Source: Bdellovibrionota bacterium (GTDB lineage: Bacteria; Bdellovibrionota_C; UBA2361; JBIKWN01). Taken from it: DNA of 64,000 nt. Below the pieces are notes generated by a model. It worked only from the letters and a program-made list of their open reading frames with translations, was not told the origin of the DNA and made no database searches. The position numbers and the translations under genes were made by a program. The DNA lies in NCBI GenBank assembly GCA_044356295.1, contig JBIKWN010000005.1:33403-97402 (forward strand), written 5' to 3'. Of the stretch, positions 52,414 to 61,230 are shown in pieces. Position 1 is the first letter of the stretch. Each line of letters begins with the position of its first letter.

Positions 52414-53322
52414 TTAGTCGTATATATGGCGTTCACGTTCAAATGTTTCTTTGGTAGAGCTTATAATCTTTTCTAAGGATTCGGATAATGATTCCTCTTG
52501 GAACCCTAATAATCTGGCTATGGTAAGAATCTGCTCTTTTTTATCTGGATATCCTTCAGGATTCCCAATGCCAGCGGCATGGGCTATTAAATCTGCAAGC
52601 TGGACAACCAATGTTTTTTCTTCAAGCTCTGATTCAGGTTTTTGAGCAGGAATCGGGTCACAGTAGTGAAGGATTGCTTGACATGCATCACTTGAAAAAT
52701 TCCATTTTTTAGCAACAAGTGCACCAATCAATGGATGCGCAAATCCGAATACTTCTTGTTCAGCCGTGGCAAAATCCAATTGATTTGATTTTATTTTATC
52801 AAGAACAATTTTATAATCTTTTGCTGTCGCTGCTTGAACAAGAAGAACTATTTGACCAAGACTATGAAGCAGTCCTAAAAGGAAGATCTCTTCTACATAT
52901 TTCTTTTTTAAATGTTTTGCTATTGTAGAAGCAGCCATACCACTTGCCATAGAACCTTCCCAAACCATTTTTTCTATGGCTCCAAATTTCTTTTGAAACT
53001 GCCGTAATGTTGCTGCAACAATGACACCTTTTAATGATTTAAAGCCGATAACCATTATTGCTTGGCTAAGAGTTGTAATCTCTCTTTGCCTTGCAAACAT
53101 TGCAGAGTTTGCAATTTTCAAAACTCGTGCCGCAAGTGCTGTATCTGTTGAAAGAATTTTTGTAAGTTCGGATGCTGTACAATCCGGATCTTCTACAAGC
53201 CCAATAGCTCTGCTTGCTACTGTTGGCATTGGAGGAAGATCGCCCACCCACGCAACAATCTCTCGCCAATCTTTGCCGCTGCTAAGGCGGCCCTCAAATT
53301 CTTTTGGGGTAGTAGTTTCCAT
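52414..53322 (-). CDS. HDOD-domain protein
   Basis: LPPMP, DTALAARVLKIANS, GLLHSLG and HPLIGALVAKKWNF. Confidence 0.9.
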   Translation of the reverse strand: METTTPKEFEGRLSSGKDWREIVAWVGDLPPMPTVASRAIGLVEDPDCTASELTKILSTDTALAARVLKIANSAMFARQREITTLSQAIMVIGFKSLKGVIVAATLRQFQKKFGAIEKMVWEGSMASGMAASTIAKHLKKKYVEEIFLLGLLHSLGQIVLLVQAATAKDYKIVLDKIKSNQLDFATAEQEVFGFAHPLIGALVAKKWNFSSDACQAILHYCDPIPAQKPESELEEKTLVVQLADLIAHAAGIGNPEGYPDKKEQILTIARLLGFQEESLSESLEKIISSTKETFERERHIYD

Positions 53323-53460
53323 CAGAAGAATATATCGTGTAAAAGTAGTAACTACATAACCCTAAATTAGCCTAAGATCCATATAATTATAAATATGGTG
53401 TTTTATTGTAAGACTCTGAAAATCTTCAATATTAATGGCAAAAAAAATTAGTTTTAGACC

Positions 53461-53488
53461 TAAAGGGATTTACTACTTTTGTCGATGT
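53461..53488 (+). promoter_or_regulatory. Possible sigma-28-type promoter
   Basis: TAAA-N16-GTCGATGT, 40 bp upstream of the STAS gene; its -10 matches the one before the flagellin. Confidence 0.45.
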
Positions 53489-53528
53489 AGTAATTGTTGT
53501 TAATTTATAAGTTCTGCAAGGGAAAAAA

Positions 53529-53846
53529 ATGGAAGACAAAGAATTTATTACTGAAATTATAGGTGATAAAGGCTACATCAAAATCATAGGAGATCTTGAT
53601 AGCGAGCCTCAAGGAGAAGCTTTAAGAAAAGCTTTCAACAATGTGTATGACCGCGGAAAGCGTACTATTGTTCTCGATCTTTCAGAAGTTCAAATCATTA
53701 ATAGCTTTGGAATTGGTAAAGTTCTTACCTGTTATAAACGCTTAAAAGCTGAAAATGGTGTCTTGATGGTTAAACCTTTAAACGGGTTTGTAAAAGAAAC
53801 TTTTGAGCTTTTAATGCTCGATAAGTTACTACCAATAGATAGTTAA
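53529..53846 (+). CDS. STAS-domain anti-sigma-factor antagonist
   Basis: GDLD and IVLDLSEVQIINSFGIG (phosphorylatable Ser). Confidence 0.88.
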   Translation: MEDKEFITEIIGDKGYIKIIGDLDSEPQGEALRKAFNNVYDRGKRTIVLDLSEVQIINSFGIGKVLTCYKRLKAENGVLMVKPLNGFVKETFELLMLDKLLPIDS

Positions 53847-53894
53847 CCGGTAAGCGAAAACTTTTCACTGGTATTAAAGGATAGGTGCAAACTT

Positions 53895-54404
53895 ATGTCC
53901 TCACCGGTTACTCGCATATATGAGATTCCATCTCTCGACCTTGCACGAGAAGGATGGAGACTTGAGCTACTTCAAGAACTCTATGACGCGGGTAAGCTTG
54001 ATCGTACTGGACTCCTGCGTCTAGAGTTGGCTGTTCAGGAAGCTGTTACCAACAGCCTTGAGCATGGCAATTTAGGTCTTAAATCAGAGTGGAAGGAAGA
54101 GTTCGACCGTGATGGCTCCGACCGTTTTACTAAAGAAAAATATGAACGGCTCCGTGACCCTTTTTATGCGCTTCGAAGAGTAAAAATAACTGTTCAGGTT
54201 TCTGAAGAATCTCTCGATATTACTATTCAAGACGAGGGTGAAGGTTTTCAACTATCGAATACAGCTCAATCTCTGGGGCTCGAGTCGTATGGAAGAGGAC
54301 TGGTAATGATACGATCCAATATGGATGAGGTCTCTTTTGAGGACTCGGGTCGAATCATCAAAATGAAAAAAAATTTAGTGGGTAATCATGGCTTTAAAAT
54401 TTAG
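53895..54404 (+). CDS. Anti-sigma factor Ser kinase (RsbW/SpoIIAB-like HATPase)
   Basis: EAVTNSLEHGN, DEGEGF and GRGLVMI. Confidence 0.88.
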   Translation: MSSPVTRIYEIPSLDLAREGWRLELLQELYDAGKLDRTGLLRLELAVQEAVTNSLEHGNLGLKSEWKEEFDRDGSDRFTKEKYERLRDPFYALRRVKITVQVSEESLDITIQDEGEGFQLSNTAQSLGLESYGRGLVMIRSNMDEVSFEDSGRIIKMKKNLVGNHGFKI

Positions 54405-54723
54405 ACTTCGAGGATTGGCTGAAACATTCATTGATACCATTGAATGTCCAACCTGCGGAGTACATGGTAATGATGATGAGAACTTCTCGACTGAGTTCTC
54501 TAAAGTAACGCTCGATGGGATCGTTGTCGTCGTGCAGTGTAAATGTTGTTCAGAAATATTTGTTCCTTCAGCGCAACGCTTAGGAATTATTTCGATTGAA
54601 AAATTAAAAGAGGCTGTATCAAAAGATGCAGTTGAAACCGGAGAAGCAGTAATCCCAAATCTTTCTGCAGTGAAGCTTTCAGTTGAAAAATTAAATGCTC
54701 AGCGTAAGGGCGACATTCATTAA
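54388..54723 (+). CDS. Small zinc-ribbon hypothetical protein
   Basis: CPTC...CKCC; overlaps the upstream gene. Confidence 0.6.
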   Translation: MALKFRLRGLAETFIDTIECPTCGVHGNDDENFSTEFSKVTLDGIVVVVQCKCCSEIFVPSAQRLGIISIEKLKEAVSKDAVETGEAVIPNLSAVKLSVEKLNAQRKGDIH

Positions 54724-54754
54724 AAATACATTAATGAAGTGATTGCTTTATAAG

Positions 54755-54997
54755 TTAAGCAACAAGATCAGCTTCTTTCATTCCAAACTTACGAAGCGTA
54801 GCTTCAAGACCAAGCTTATCAATAGTACGGATAATACGAGTAGATAGATTCACTCTTACTGATCGTTTCAAAGTAGGGAGGAAGATTGTTTTGGTTTGAA
54901 TGTTAGGTTTAAAGACGTGCTTAGTGCGGTTGTTCGCATGACTTACACGATTTCCAACTTGTCGATTTTTACCAGATACTGAACATTTCTTAGACAT
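54755..54997 (-). CDS. rpmB: 50S ribosomal protein L28
   Basis: GNRVSHANNRTKHVFKPNIQ. Confidence 0.96.
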   Translation of the reverse strand: MSKKCSVSGKNRQVGNRVSHANNRTKHVFKPNIQTKTIFLPTLKRSVRVNLSTRIIRTIDKLGLEATLRKFGMKEADLVA

Positions 54998-55229
54998 GAC
55001 GGGAGCTTAGCATAAGTTCTAGTATGGTTCTAGTTTTTGGGGTGGATTTTTCGAGTTCTTAATTGTGCTTTCAGTTAAATTTGGTTACTAAAACTATTAA
55101 TTAATGGTAACTAACTGAAAAAATTGATTCTTTTTTGTATTATGATTCTCTACGACCCAATATTGTGGTGCGTTTGTGATCTTAAGTATTGATGAGTTAG
55201 CTCAAAATTTTAACCATTACTGGTGATAT

Positions 55230-55859
55230 TTAGTCGATCGAAGGTTTTAGATAACCATCCGAGCGCAGATAGTTCAGTAAATTGTCATAGAACTCGCTAA
55301 TTTCAGGAACTTCTCGATAATAAGGCTCTCGTTTTGATCGATAGAATTCATCAGACCAAGCCTTCCAAGCATCCTTGTTACCCAAAAACTGTAAATCTGC
55401 ATCAAGTTTGTCTATTGCTCGAACAAATTTAGCTTCACGCGTTTTACCCTCTTTGTATTCAGCTAAGGTACTTAAAAAATGAGATCCTTCTGATGGAGTC
55501 ATTCGCTCAGAAATAATCATTGCAGCTGACGCTTCACGAGTCTCTTTTTCAGCCCGATTATCAACACCAGGTATAATGGGTGTGTCGCCACTCTCTAGCT
55601 CAGGCAGATCATGATAACAAATGATATCGACGACGCGACCAAGATCCAGCTTCATATCATATGTTCTCATAAACCAGCGGGCGAGTGTTAGCATCGATCC
55701 AATATGTTCACAGACACTCTCTTGACGGGTTCCAATCTGCGCGGCACGGTATACTTCCTTTTGGCCATAAGGAATCAGGAGTTGTTGAATTGTTTCATCG
55801 AAATGAGTGATTCCAGTTAAAGAGACTATTGGTGAATCTGAATTTACTCCTACTCGCAT
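55230..55859 (-). CDS. HD-domain phosphohydrolase (YfbR/HDDC2-like)
   Basis: ESVCEH, YHDLPE..GD and EAKFVRAIDKLD. Confidence 0.85.
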   Translation of the reverse strand: MRVGVNSDSPIVSLTGITHFDETIQQLLIPYGQKEVYRAAQIGTRQESVCEHIGSMLTLARWFMRTYDMKLDLGRVVDIICYHDLPELESGDTPIIPGVDNRAEKETREASAAMIISERMTPSEGSHFLSTLAEYKEGKTREAKFVRAIDKLDADLQFLGNKDAWKAWSDEFYRSKREPYYREVPEISEFYDNLLNYLRSDGYLKPSID

Positions 55860-56253
55860 AGTTGGAATTCTATCTAAAATTCAGAGGCTAAAATAGAAGG
55901 GGTTGGTGTCGCATAAGTGGTAGCGTTACGGTTATTTTTCCTTAGGACTTCGCTGCAAACCCCTAATAAACCTTTACCTTTTATTGTGCTTTCACTTTTC
56001 ATTTCTCTCATATAGAAGAAATAAACTGAAAAGTTGTTCTATGAAGGTATAATAATTATTGTACAGTCGACTCGTATTCTAGGGTATTGATGCGTATTTT
56101 GAATTAAGACGTGCTTAGATGAGGACTTTTTATTCTAACTATCTCATTATACATGGTATTTTTTTGGTTTTTTTAACCACATTTTTTTGGGAACTCGAGT
56201 TTGGTTGATTAGCGGTGAGGTTTTGGTAGGGTGTACACTTAACTGTTATCTTC

Positions 56254-56610
56254 CTAATAGAGCGTCCCAAAAGAAGAAGCGAGAGCTCTTAAATTCTTGT
56301 CCATTGTCCATAGAGGAAATCCGGAAATAAGACTGGCTGCAAGAAGATGTGCATCCACCCAACCGATTCCTTTACCCATGATTTTTTTTATCTCTATGAG
56401 GTGCAATACCTCTAAGTCATCAACTGCTTCAATTGCCGGTAGATGTCGGAGTAGTGATAAGATTTCTTTGCGGTTTTTTAAATTCCCGCAAGCAAGTTCA
56501 CCAATAATCCAAGGATGAATTGCGACTTGGGTTTGTTCAAGAAGTCCATAAAGTTCAGAATTTGAGCGTCTGAAATGATCGACCCAAACAGATGTATCAA
56601 CTAAAATCAT
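56254..56610 (-). CDS. vapC: VapC PIN-domain toxin
   Basis: MILVDTSVWVDH, IIGELACG, GIGWVDAHLLA and LWTMDK. Confidence 0.92.
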   Translation of the reverse strand: MILVDTSVWVDHFRRSNSELYGLLEQTQVAIHPWIIGELACGNLKNRKEILSLLRHLPAIEAVDDLEVLHLIEIKKIMGKGIGWVDAHLLAASLISGFPLWTMDKNLRALASSFGTLY

Positions 56611-56619
56611 ATCTAAAAA

Positions 56620-56811
56620 CTAAGCAGAACGTCTTCGATGAGTAGTCTTTAAGCTAGTTTCTGTGCCTCCAAGCTTTGCAAGTCTTCGACTGGATTCTTG
56701 AGTGATTAAAGCTTCAAGTCCTGCTTTAATCAAAGCAGTTTTCTCTTTAATACCAGTCATCTGGATTGCTTTTTTAATAAGACTCAAGTCAAGATTAAGT
56801 GTTGTTCGCAT
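56620..56811 (-). CDS. vapB: VapB antitoxin
   Basis: MRTTLNLD...KTALIKAGLEALI...RLAKLGG, directly upstream of vapC; ATG 56811. Confidence 0.88.
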   Translation of the reverse strand: MRTTLNLDLSLIKKAIQMTGIKEKTALIKAGLEALITQESSRRLAKLGGTETSLKTTHRRRSA

Positions 56812-56839
56812 ACATACTAGTATGCATGAATAATGCATA
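56811..56839. promoter_or_regulatory. Probable VapBC autoregulatory operator palindromes
   Basis: CATACTAGTATG (56813-56824) and TATGCAT-N5-ATGCATA (56821-56839), immediately upstream of vapB. Confidence 0.55.
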
Positions 56840-56863
56840 TCATTCAATGAAATTCTATACGGA

Positions 56864-56957
56864 AGATAACAAAAGAATCCAAAAGATTTCAGGCCTTTAA
56901 GTCCTGTGGTTGCTTAAGATCCCGTTAGGCCTGAAACTTTTGATTCAAACGTTATAC
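56864..56957 (+). other. attC recombination site
   Basis: R'' AGATAAC, N6, ATC[C]AAAAG[A]TTTCAGGCCT pairing with AGGCCTGAAACTTTTGAT, N6, R' GTTATAC. The unpaired C and A give the canonical extrahelical G and T on the bottom strand. Confidence 0.9.
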
Positions 56958-56976
56958 AGCAAGTGGATTTAATTAT

Positions 56977-57486
56977 ATGGAAAGTCAGAAAGTTCAAATC
57001 GAAGTTAGCGAAACAAAAACAAGAAGTTCGTGGGAATTGACCCACGTTGAAGGACTCTTACCGTCAAAAATGACCTTATCAGTCGCAAAACCATTAGAAT
57101 TGGATGGCTTAAAGTACCCGATTTCATTTCAACAATATGCTGAGACTCGACCAATTGATGATGCAACACTTGAGGCAATGGGTATAACAATTGGTACAGA
57201 TTCCCTTCCTGATTTAACTCGTAAATTGCTTCTCGCAGCAACAGTTACCTCTCAACAACTCGATGTTCAAGCCAGAAATCATAGCTATATTGAAGATGTA
57301 TGCAGGCAAATAAAGGCAGGTCAATTTCATGAGGAAACTTCAGAAGATGTCAGTAGTATGAGAATATATTACGTAAATACTAGACGAGGCCTTGCACAAT
57401 CTTTTGTTCCAACTATTGAACTGCCAATATCTTCAGATGAGATAAGCAAGCTTCAGCAAATGATAACTCAGTCTGCAAAACAATAG
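56977..57486 (+). CDS. Hypothetical cassette protein
   Basis: ATG about 20 bp after the attC R' site; no recognised motif. Confidence 0.6.
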   Translation: MESQKVQIEVSETKTRSSWELTHVEGLLPSKMTLSVAKPLELDGLKYPISFQQYAETRPIDDATLEAMGITIGTDSLPDLTRKLLLAATVTSQQLDVQARNHSYIEDVCRQIKAGQFHEETSEDVSSMRIYYVNTRRGLAQSFVPTIELPISSDEISKLQQMITQSAKQ

Positions 57487-57518
57487 CCTCAATAGTGAGG
57501 CGCGACCCCGCGAGGTTG

Positions 57519-57571
57519 TGGTAATTTAAAAGCCTGATTTGGTCGCGCCGACATCAGGCGAAATGTTGTCC
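57519..57571 (+). other. Short or degenerate attC-like site
   Basis: GCCTGAT/ATCAGGC stem, then GAAAT and R' GTTGTCC, which complements the next R'' GGGCAAC at 6/7 positions. Its own R'' is degenerate (TGGTAAT). Confidence 0.45.
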
Positions 57572-57589
57572 TCGTTTAAATAAAGCATT

Positions 57590-58543
57590 GTGATGAAAGT
57601 TGGAATACAACCTGCTGATAGATTGGGAGATGCGGTATGGATAGCATGGGGAGCGACAGGACTTCGTCACTTAGAGAGTCCCCCTGAAATTCATAGCCCG
57701 ATTAAGAATCCGCTCAATGAACTCATCTGTCCTCAGCTGATAAATACATCCCCGTCTCAAAATCAAACTTATGATCTCAGTATCGGATTTCCGTGGGATA
57801 CTGAAGTTTTACCTTATGGTGATCGAAAGTTAAAATTTCCATTACCTGGTTTTTATAGAAGCTCAAAAATTCAGAAAATTGAAGATGCTCCTCATTATCA
57901 ATCTACGGGGGAGAAACACGTTCTCAAAGCACTTGAAAAAACGTTTCAAGAAGAATGGCCTGACTTTAAGTTGCCCAAGCTACCAAAGTTGCCTGCATAT
58001 GATCTGTATATTCCAGATCAAAGTAATCAAGATATTCAAACAATAACGATCAATTTAGGAGGTTCTCGGAAAGAAAAACTTTATCCACTAGAAAAATGGA
58101 TTGAAGTAATTAAAGCTCTTCGTCAGAAAAATTTTCAAATTATCTGTTTAGGCGCTGATATTGATCAACGGGAATGGGAACGATTGTTAGCGACTGAAAT
58201 AAGAAAAGATTCAAATCTTCCCGAAGTTATTAATCTAACTGGAAAGACTACTTTAGCCGAACTGACCTCTCTAATAATACAATCAGTAGTTCACATAGCA
58301 TCAGATACAGGAACGGGCCATCTTGCAGCTGCTCTTGATAGGAAAACAATCAGCTTATTCGGTCAGTTCAGCTTTGTTGAAGTAGGAAGACCGTATAGTG
58401 AAAAGAATATTGCATTAGAAGCACAAAGTTGGACTCCAGCGGGCATAGAGTCGAAAGATATTATTGCTAGTGTCTTACATGCGGTAGGTGATGACAGTGG
58501 GCAACAGAATAATCGAAAAGATGTCGCACGCTCTATGTATTGA
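57590..58543 (+). CDS. Glycosyltransferase family 9 (heptosyltransferase-like) cassette gene
   Basis: DRLGDAV, KLYPLEKW, NLTGKTTLAEL and SDTGTGHLAAAL..ISLFG. Confidence 0.85.
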   Translation: MMKVGIQPADRLGDAVWIAWGATGLRHLESPPEIHSPIKNPLNELICPQLINTSPSQNQTYDLSIGFPWDTEVLPYGDRKLKFPLPGFYRSSKIQKIEDAPHYQSTGEKHVLKALEKTFQEEWPDFKLPKLPKLPAYDLYIPDQSNQDIQTITINLGGSRKEKLYPLEKWIEVIKALRQKNFQIICLGADIDQREWERLLATEIRKDSNLPEVINLTGKTTLAELTSLIIQSVVHIASDTGTGHLAAALDRKTISLFGQFSFVEVGRPYSEKNIALEAQSWTPAGIESKDIIASVLHAVGDDSGQQNNRKDVARSMY

Positions 58544-58593
58544 TTTGACTAAGTAATCTTTCGGCGCGACACTTCTCATCATAACCGTTATGC
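58499..58593 (+). other. attC recombination site
   Basis: R'' GGGCAAC, N6, AT[C]GAAAAG[A]TGTCGC pairing with GCGACACTTCTCAT, N7, R' GTTATGC. Same architecture and extrahelical bases as 56864-56957. Confidence 0.82.
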
Positions 58594-58605
58594 TCCTAAA
58601 GAGTC

Positions 58606-59001
58606 ATGGAAGAGTTACTTCTAATCACATTGAGAATTTTTTTCACTATTCTTTGGGGAGCCTTGGAAGGAATTTCTTACTGGCCATTTGATTTCGGTTA
58701 CGAGAAAGCCTCGGAGCGATTACCGCGATGGGTAGTTCTGTTTTTGTACTTTTTAATTGGAAGTGGTGTGGGTTGGATTTCAGTACTCATCCTTCCAAAT
58801 ATGTGGCTTCATAGTTCAGCTTTGCGTATTGCAAATTTAGTGATAGCACCATTTACGGCAGGGTTAATAGGGGTACTTTCTTCGAGATGGTTTTATCGAA
58901 ATCGTTCCGATGTCGAACCTAAAGATCATTTCTTGCCAGGATTCTTTTTCTCTTTTGCAGTAGCTGCTGTGCGATTCGCTTTCATCGATCGAGCGGTATA
59001 A
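58606..59001 (+). CDS. Hypothetical membrane protein (cassette)
   Basis: Four hydrophobic segments; ATG 12 bp after R'; its TAA stop lies within the R''-like GTATAAC. Confidence 0.7.
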   Translation: MEELLLITLRIFFTILWGALEGISYWPFDFGYEKASERLPRWVVLFLYFLIGSGVGWISVLILPNMWLHSSALRIANLVIAPFTAGLIGVLSSRWFYRNRSDVEPKDHFLPGFFFSFAVAAVRFAFIDRAV

Positions 59002-59094
59002 CAAAAAAATTCAATAAATAATTTTTTTCTTGATTATCTGCTTTTCAAGCGTAGACTGTTACGCTCACTTATGATTTACGTGCGGAATTAATAT

Positions 59095-59562
59095 ATGAAG
59101 TTTGGTGATTTAAAAGCAGGTTCAATTTTTGCTGGAAGTTTGGCTGGTTTATCCTTTGGCCTCATGGGGTGTTCTTCTGATCCGTCTTTGGTGAATTATG
59201 AGAGGATTCCATTGACCGAAGCCACAAAAAGCCCCGCCAGCTTAGAAGGAAGATTATTTGAGATTGAAGGCAGTCCTAAGTTAGTGGGTAAAATCAATTA
59301 CACAATGTCTATTCCACGTTCTGCTCCGATGGGCATGCCGACAGAACATATCATGCAACGGGTAGGGTTTCTTTACGAAGTTACGCCTGGGGTTTTTGCA
59401 TTCAGCAATTCTGAGATTAATAAGGCTGGAGCGGTACGCGGTCAGTGGCAAAAAAATGATCATGTTGATCTATGCCGGGAGCAACTCAATGCAGTACCAA
59501 CTTATTATTTAAATATTAATGAATTTCTTGCATCCGAATCTGAATGGCGTAAGGCTTTATAG
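59095..59562 (+). CDS. Hypothetical lipoprotein
   Basis: Hydrophobic N-terminus ending in the lipobox LMGC. Confidence 0.6.
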   Translation: MKFGDLKAGSIFAGSLAGLSFGLMGCSSDPSLVNYERIPLTEATKSPASLEGRLFEIEGSPKLVGKINYTMSIPRSAPMGMPTEHIMQRVGFLYEVTPGVFAFSNSEINKAGAVRGQWQKNDHVDLCREQLNAVPTYYLNINEFLASESEWRKAL

Positions 59563-59782
59563 CTAGCGTTAGTTTTCTTGGGGGCTCCCGCATAGCAAAG
59601 GCCTGTATAGTGAAGATCATGGTACAGGGTCACTTTCAATATGATTTAACCTACTAAAAGTATTTTATTATCCGAGTTACCTTGTACCAATGAGAGTTTT
59701 CTCATATATACCCCTAAAATTTAAAGAGCAGAAGAAAGAGGAGACAAACAAAGATCTTTTCTACAGAGCAGTAGCGTCACCA

Positions 59783-60340
59783 TTAACCCTTTCTTCCAAA
59801 TCCAATTGGTTTCTTTTTACTTGTAACAGGAGGAGCCATTAATTGCTGTATTGCGAATCGAACTGCCTGTAGTTCCTGTTCATTCCCGTGAAATCCGCGA
59901 GCAACTCGCTCCTCTAGTCTCTCAAGTCTTTTTTTTAGTTCACGATGCTCAGAGATTATTTCCCGCGCATGTATGAAAGCTCTCACAACCAAAACGCTAG
60001 TTTCTATTGCAACTTTGCTGTTGAGAACTGTCGCAGCCATGACTGCTCCGTGTTCTGTAAAAGCCAGGGGAAGCGTACTTGAAAATTTGAGTTTTTTAAG
60101 GTGGTCGCATTTTGCGACCACCTCCTCTTTTTCTATTTCGGTTAGCTGCAGGGTGAAATCGGCTGGAAACCGGGAACTATTTCTCTTTACCTGTTCATTA
60201 AGACGTTTTGTTTTAACTCCATATAAATCAGCTAAATCTGAGTCAATAATGACTCTTTGACCACGGATTGAAATAATATTTGCCTTAAGAGGGAGCTGAT
60301 TATTGTGAACTATGGGGTTTTTATCTGAGAGTTCTTTCAT
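59783..60340 (-). CDS. ORF6N-domain DNA-binding protein
   Basis: IRGQRVIIDSDLADLYGV.TKRLNEQVKRN..RFPADF, AFTEHGAVMAATVLNS and C-terminal KPIGF. Confidence 0.92.
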   Translation of the reverse strand: MKELSDKNPIVHNNQLPLKANIISIRGQRVIIDSDLADLYGVKTKRLNEQVKRNSSRFPADFTLQLTEIEKEEVVAKCDHLKKLKFSSTLPLAFTEHGAVMAATVLNSKVAIETSVLVVRAFIHAREIISEHRELKKRLERLEERVARGFHGNEQELQAVRFAIQQLMAPPVTSKKKPIGFGRKG

Positions 60341-60564
60341 AATTTTACTTCTTCTTTGGATTAAGCCTAATACTTGAATACTTAGTAATAATCGTAGAAA
60401 GATAGAAAAAAGTTTCTTTAAAAAAGGGATATAAAAAACGCCACGCAGAATTGTATTTCATGAAATTTTTTAAATGATTAGGAGTCCCGTTTGGGTTAGA
60501 ATCTGGTGTGTTTAAACTTTAAACTACTCATCCTTAACCTTCTATCTCTTGAAAGAGTGGACAA

Positions 60565-61017
60565 ATGATAAAATTTTTCGATATTGATTTTGCTTTCAAC
60601 TTTGTCAGTGGTGCCGAGTTTGGGATGAATTCAGCATTTCTTTGTAGAGAAACAGGTCAAATCTATTATCAATCAGGTTTAGGTGATTCTGATGAATTAC
60701 CTGAGGATGTAGATGATGGCGATCGATATATCGAAATTCCGCATAAGCGCGATTTGGATCTTGGTATCGAATTAGTCCGAGAATTTATGGTTGAGCACCT
60801 TCCCGAAAAAGCTGATCAATTTAAAACTTTTTTTCATAGTAAGGGTGCATATTCCCGGTTTAAAGAGCTGCTAGGTAATTGTAATGCATTAGAGCGATGG
60901 TTCGAGTTCGAACGAGTAAGGACCGAATCGGCTTTGAAAGACTGGTGCACTCAAAATAATATCAACATTGAAGAAGGTAACGAGGGCGGTAGAATAATCG
61001 GTTCGACCAAAACATAA
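60565..61017 (+). CDS. UPF0158-family protein
   Basis: AFLCRETGQIYY, YIEIPHKRDLDLG and KGAYSRFKELL. Confidence 0.75.
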   Translation: MIKFFDIDFAFNFVSGAEFGMNSAFLCRETGQIYYQSGLGDSDELPEDVDDGDRYIEIPHKRDLDLGIELVREFMVEHLPEKADQFKTFFHSKGAYSRFKELLGNCNALERWFEFERVRTESALKDWCTQNNINIEEGNEGGRIIGSTKT

Positions 61018-61022
61018 TCCCC

Positions 61023-61151
61023 TTAAAGAGTGAACATTTCCTGAAGTACTGCAATTGTCTTGCGTTGGTTTGCTGAATCAATAGAGCCAAGTTTTTTAAC
61101 TAAACGCTTTTTATCAATTGTTCGTATTTGATCTAGGACAATATTACCCGC
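61023..61151 (-). pseudogene. C-terminal fragment of a PemK/MazF toxin
   Basis: Minus strand reads AGNIVLDQIRTIDKKRLVKKLGSIDSANQRKTIAVLQEMFTL*; the N-terminal half and an antitoxin are missing. Confidence 0.8.
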
Positions 61152-61230
61152 TAAAAAAGTTGATTGAGTACCTTGTTGACCTAAAACTTTTGATTTAAAT
61201 CTTGTCTGGGGGAAAAAAAGGGGGAAAACA

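Larger units (their letters stand above)
56245..59019 (+). mobile_element. Integron-type gene cassette array, at least 4 cassettes; no integrase in the window
   Basis: GTT crossover points at 56245, 56951, 57565 and 58587; canonical attC sites at 56864-56957 and 58499-58593; matching R'/R'' ends around cassettes. Confidence 0.8.

Noticed and set aside
55906..55931. Possible attC right half (CGCATAAGTGGTAGCGTTACGG)
   Set aside because: No complementary left arm or R'' found upstream.
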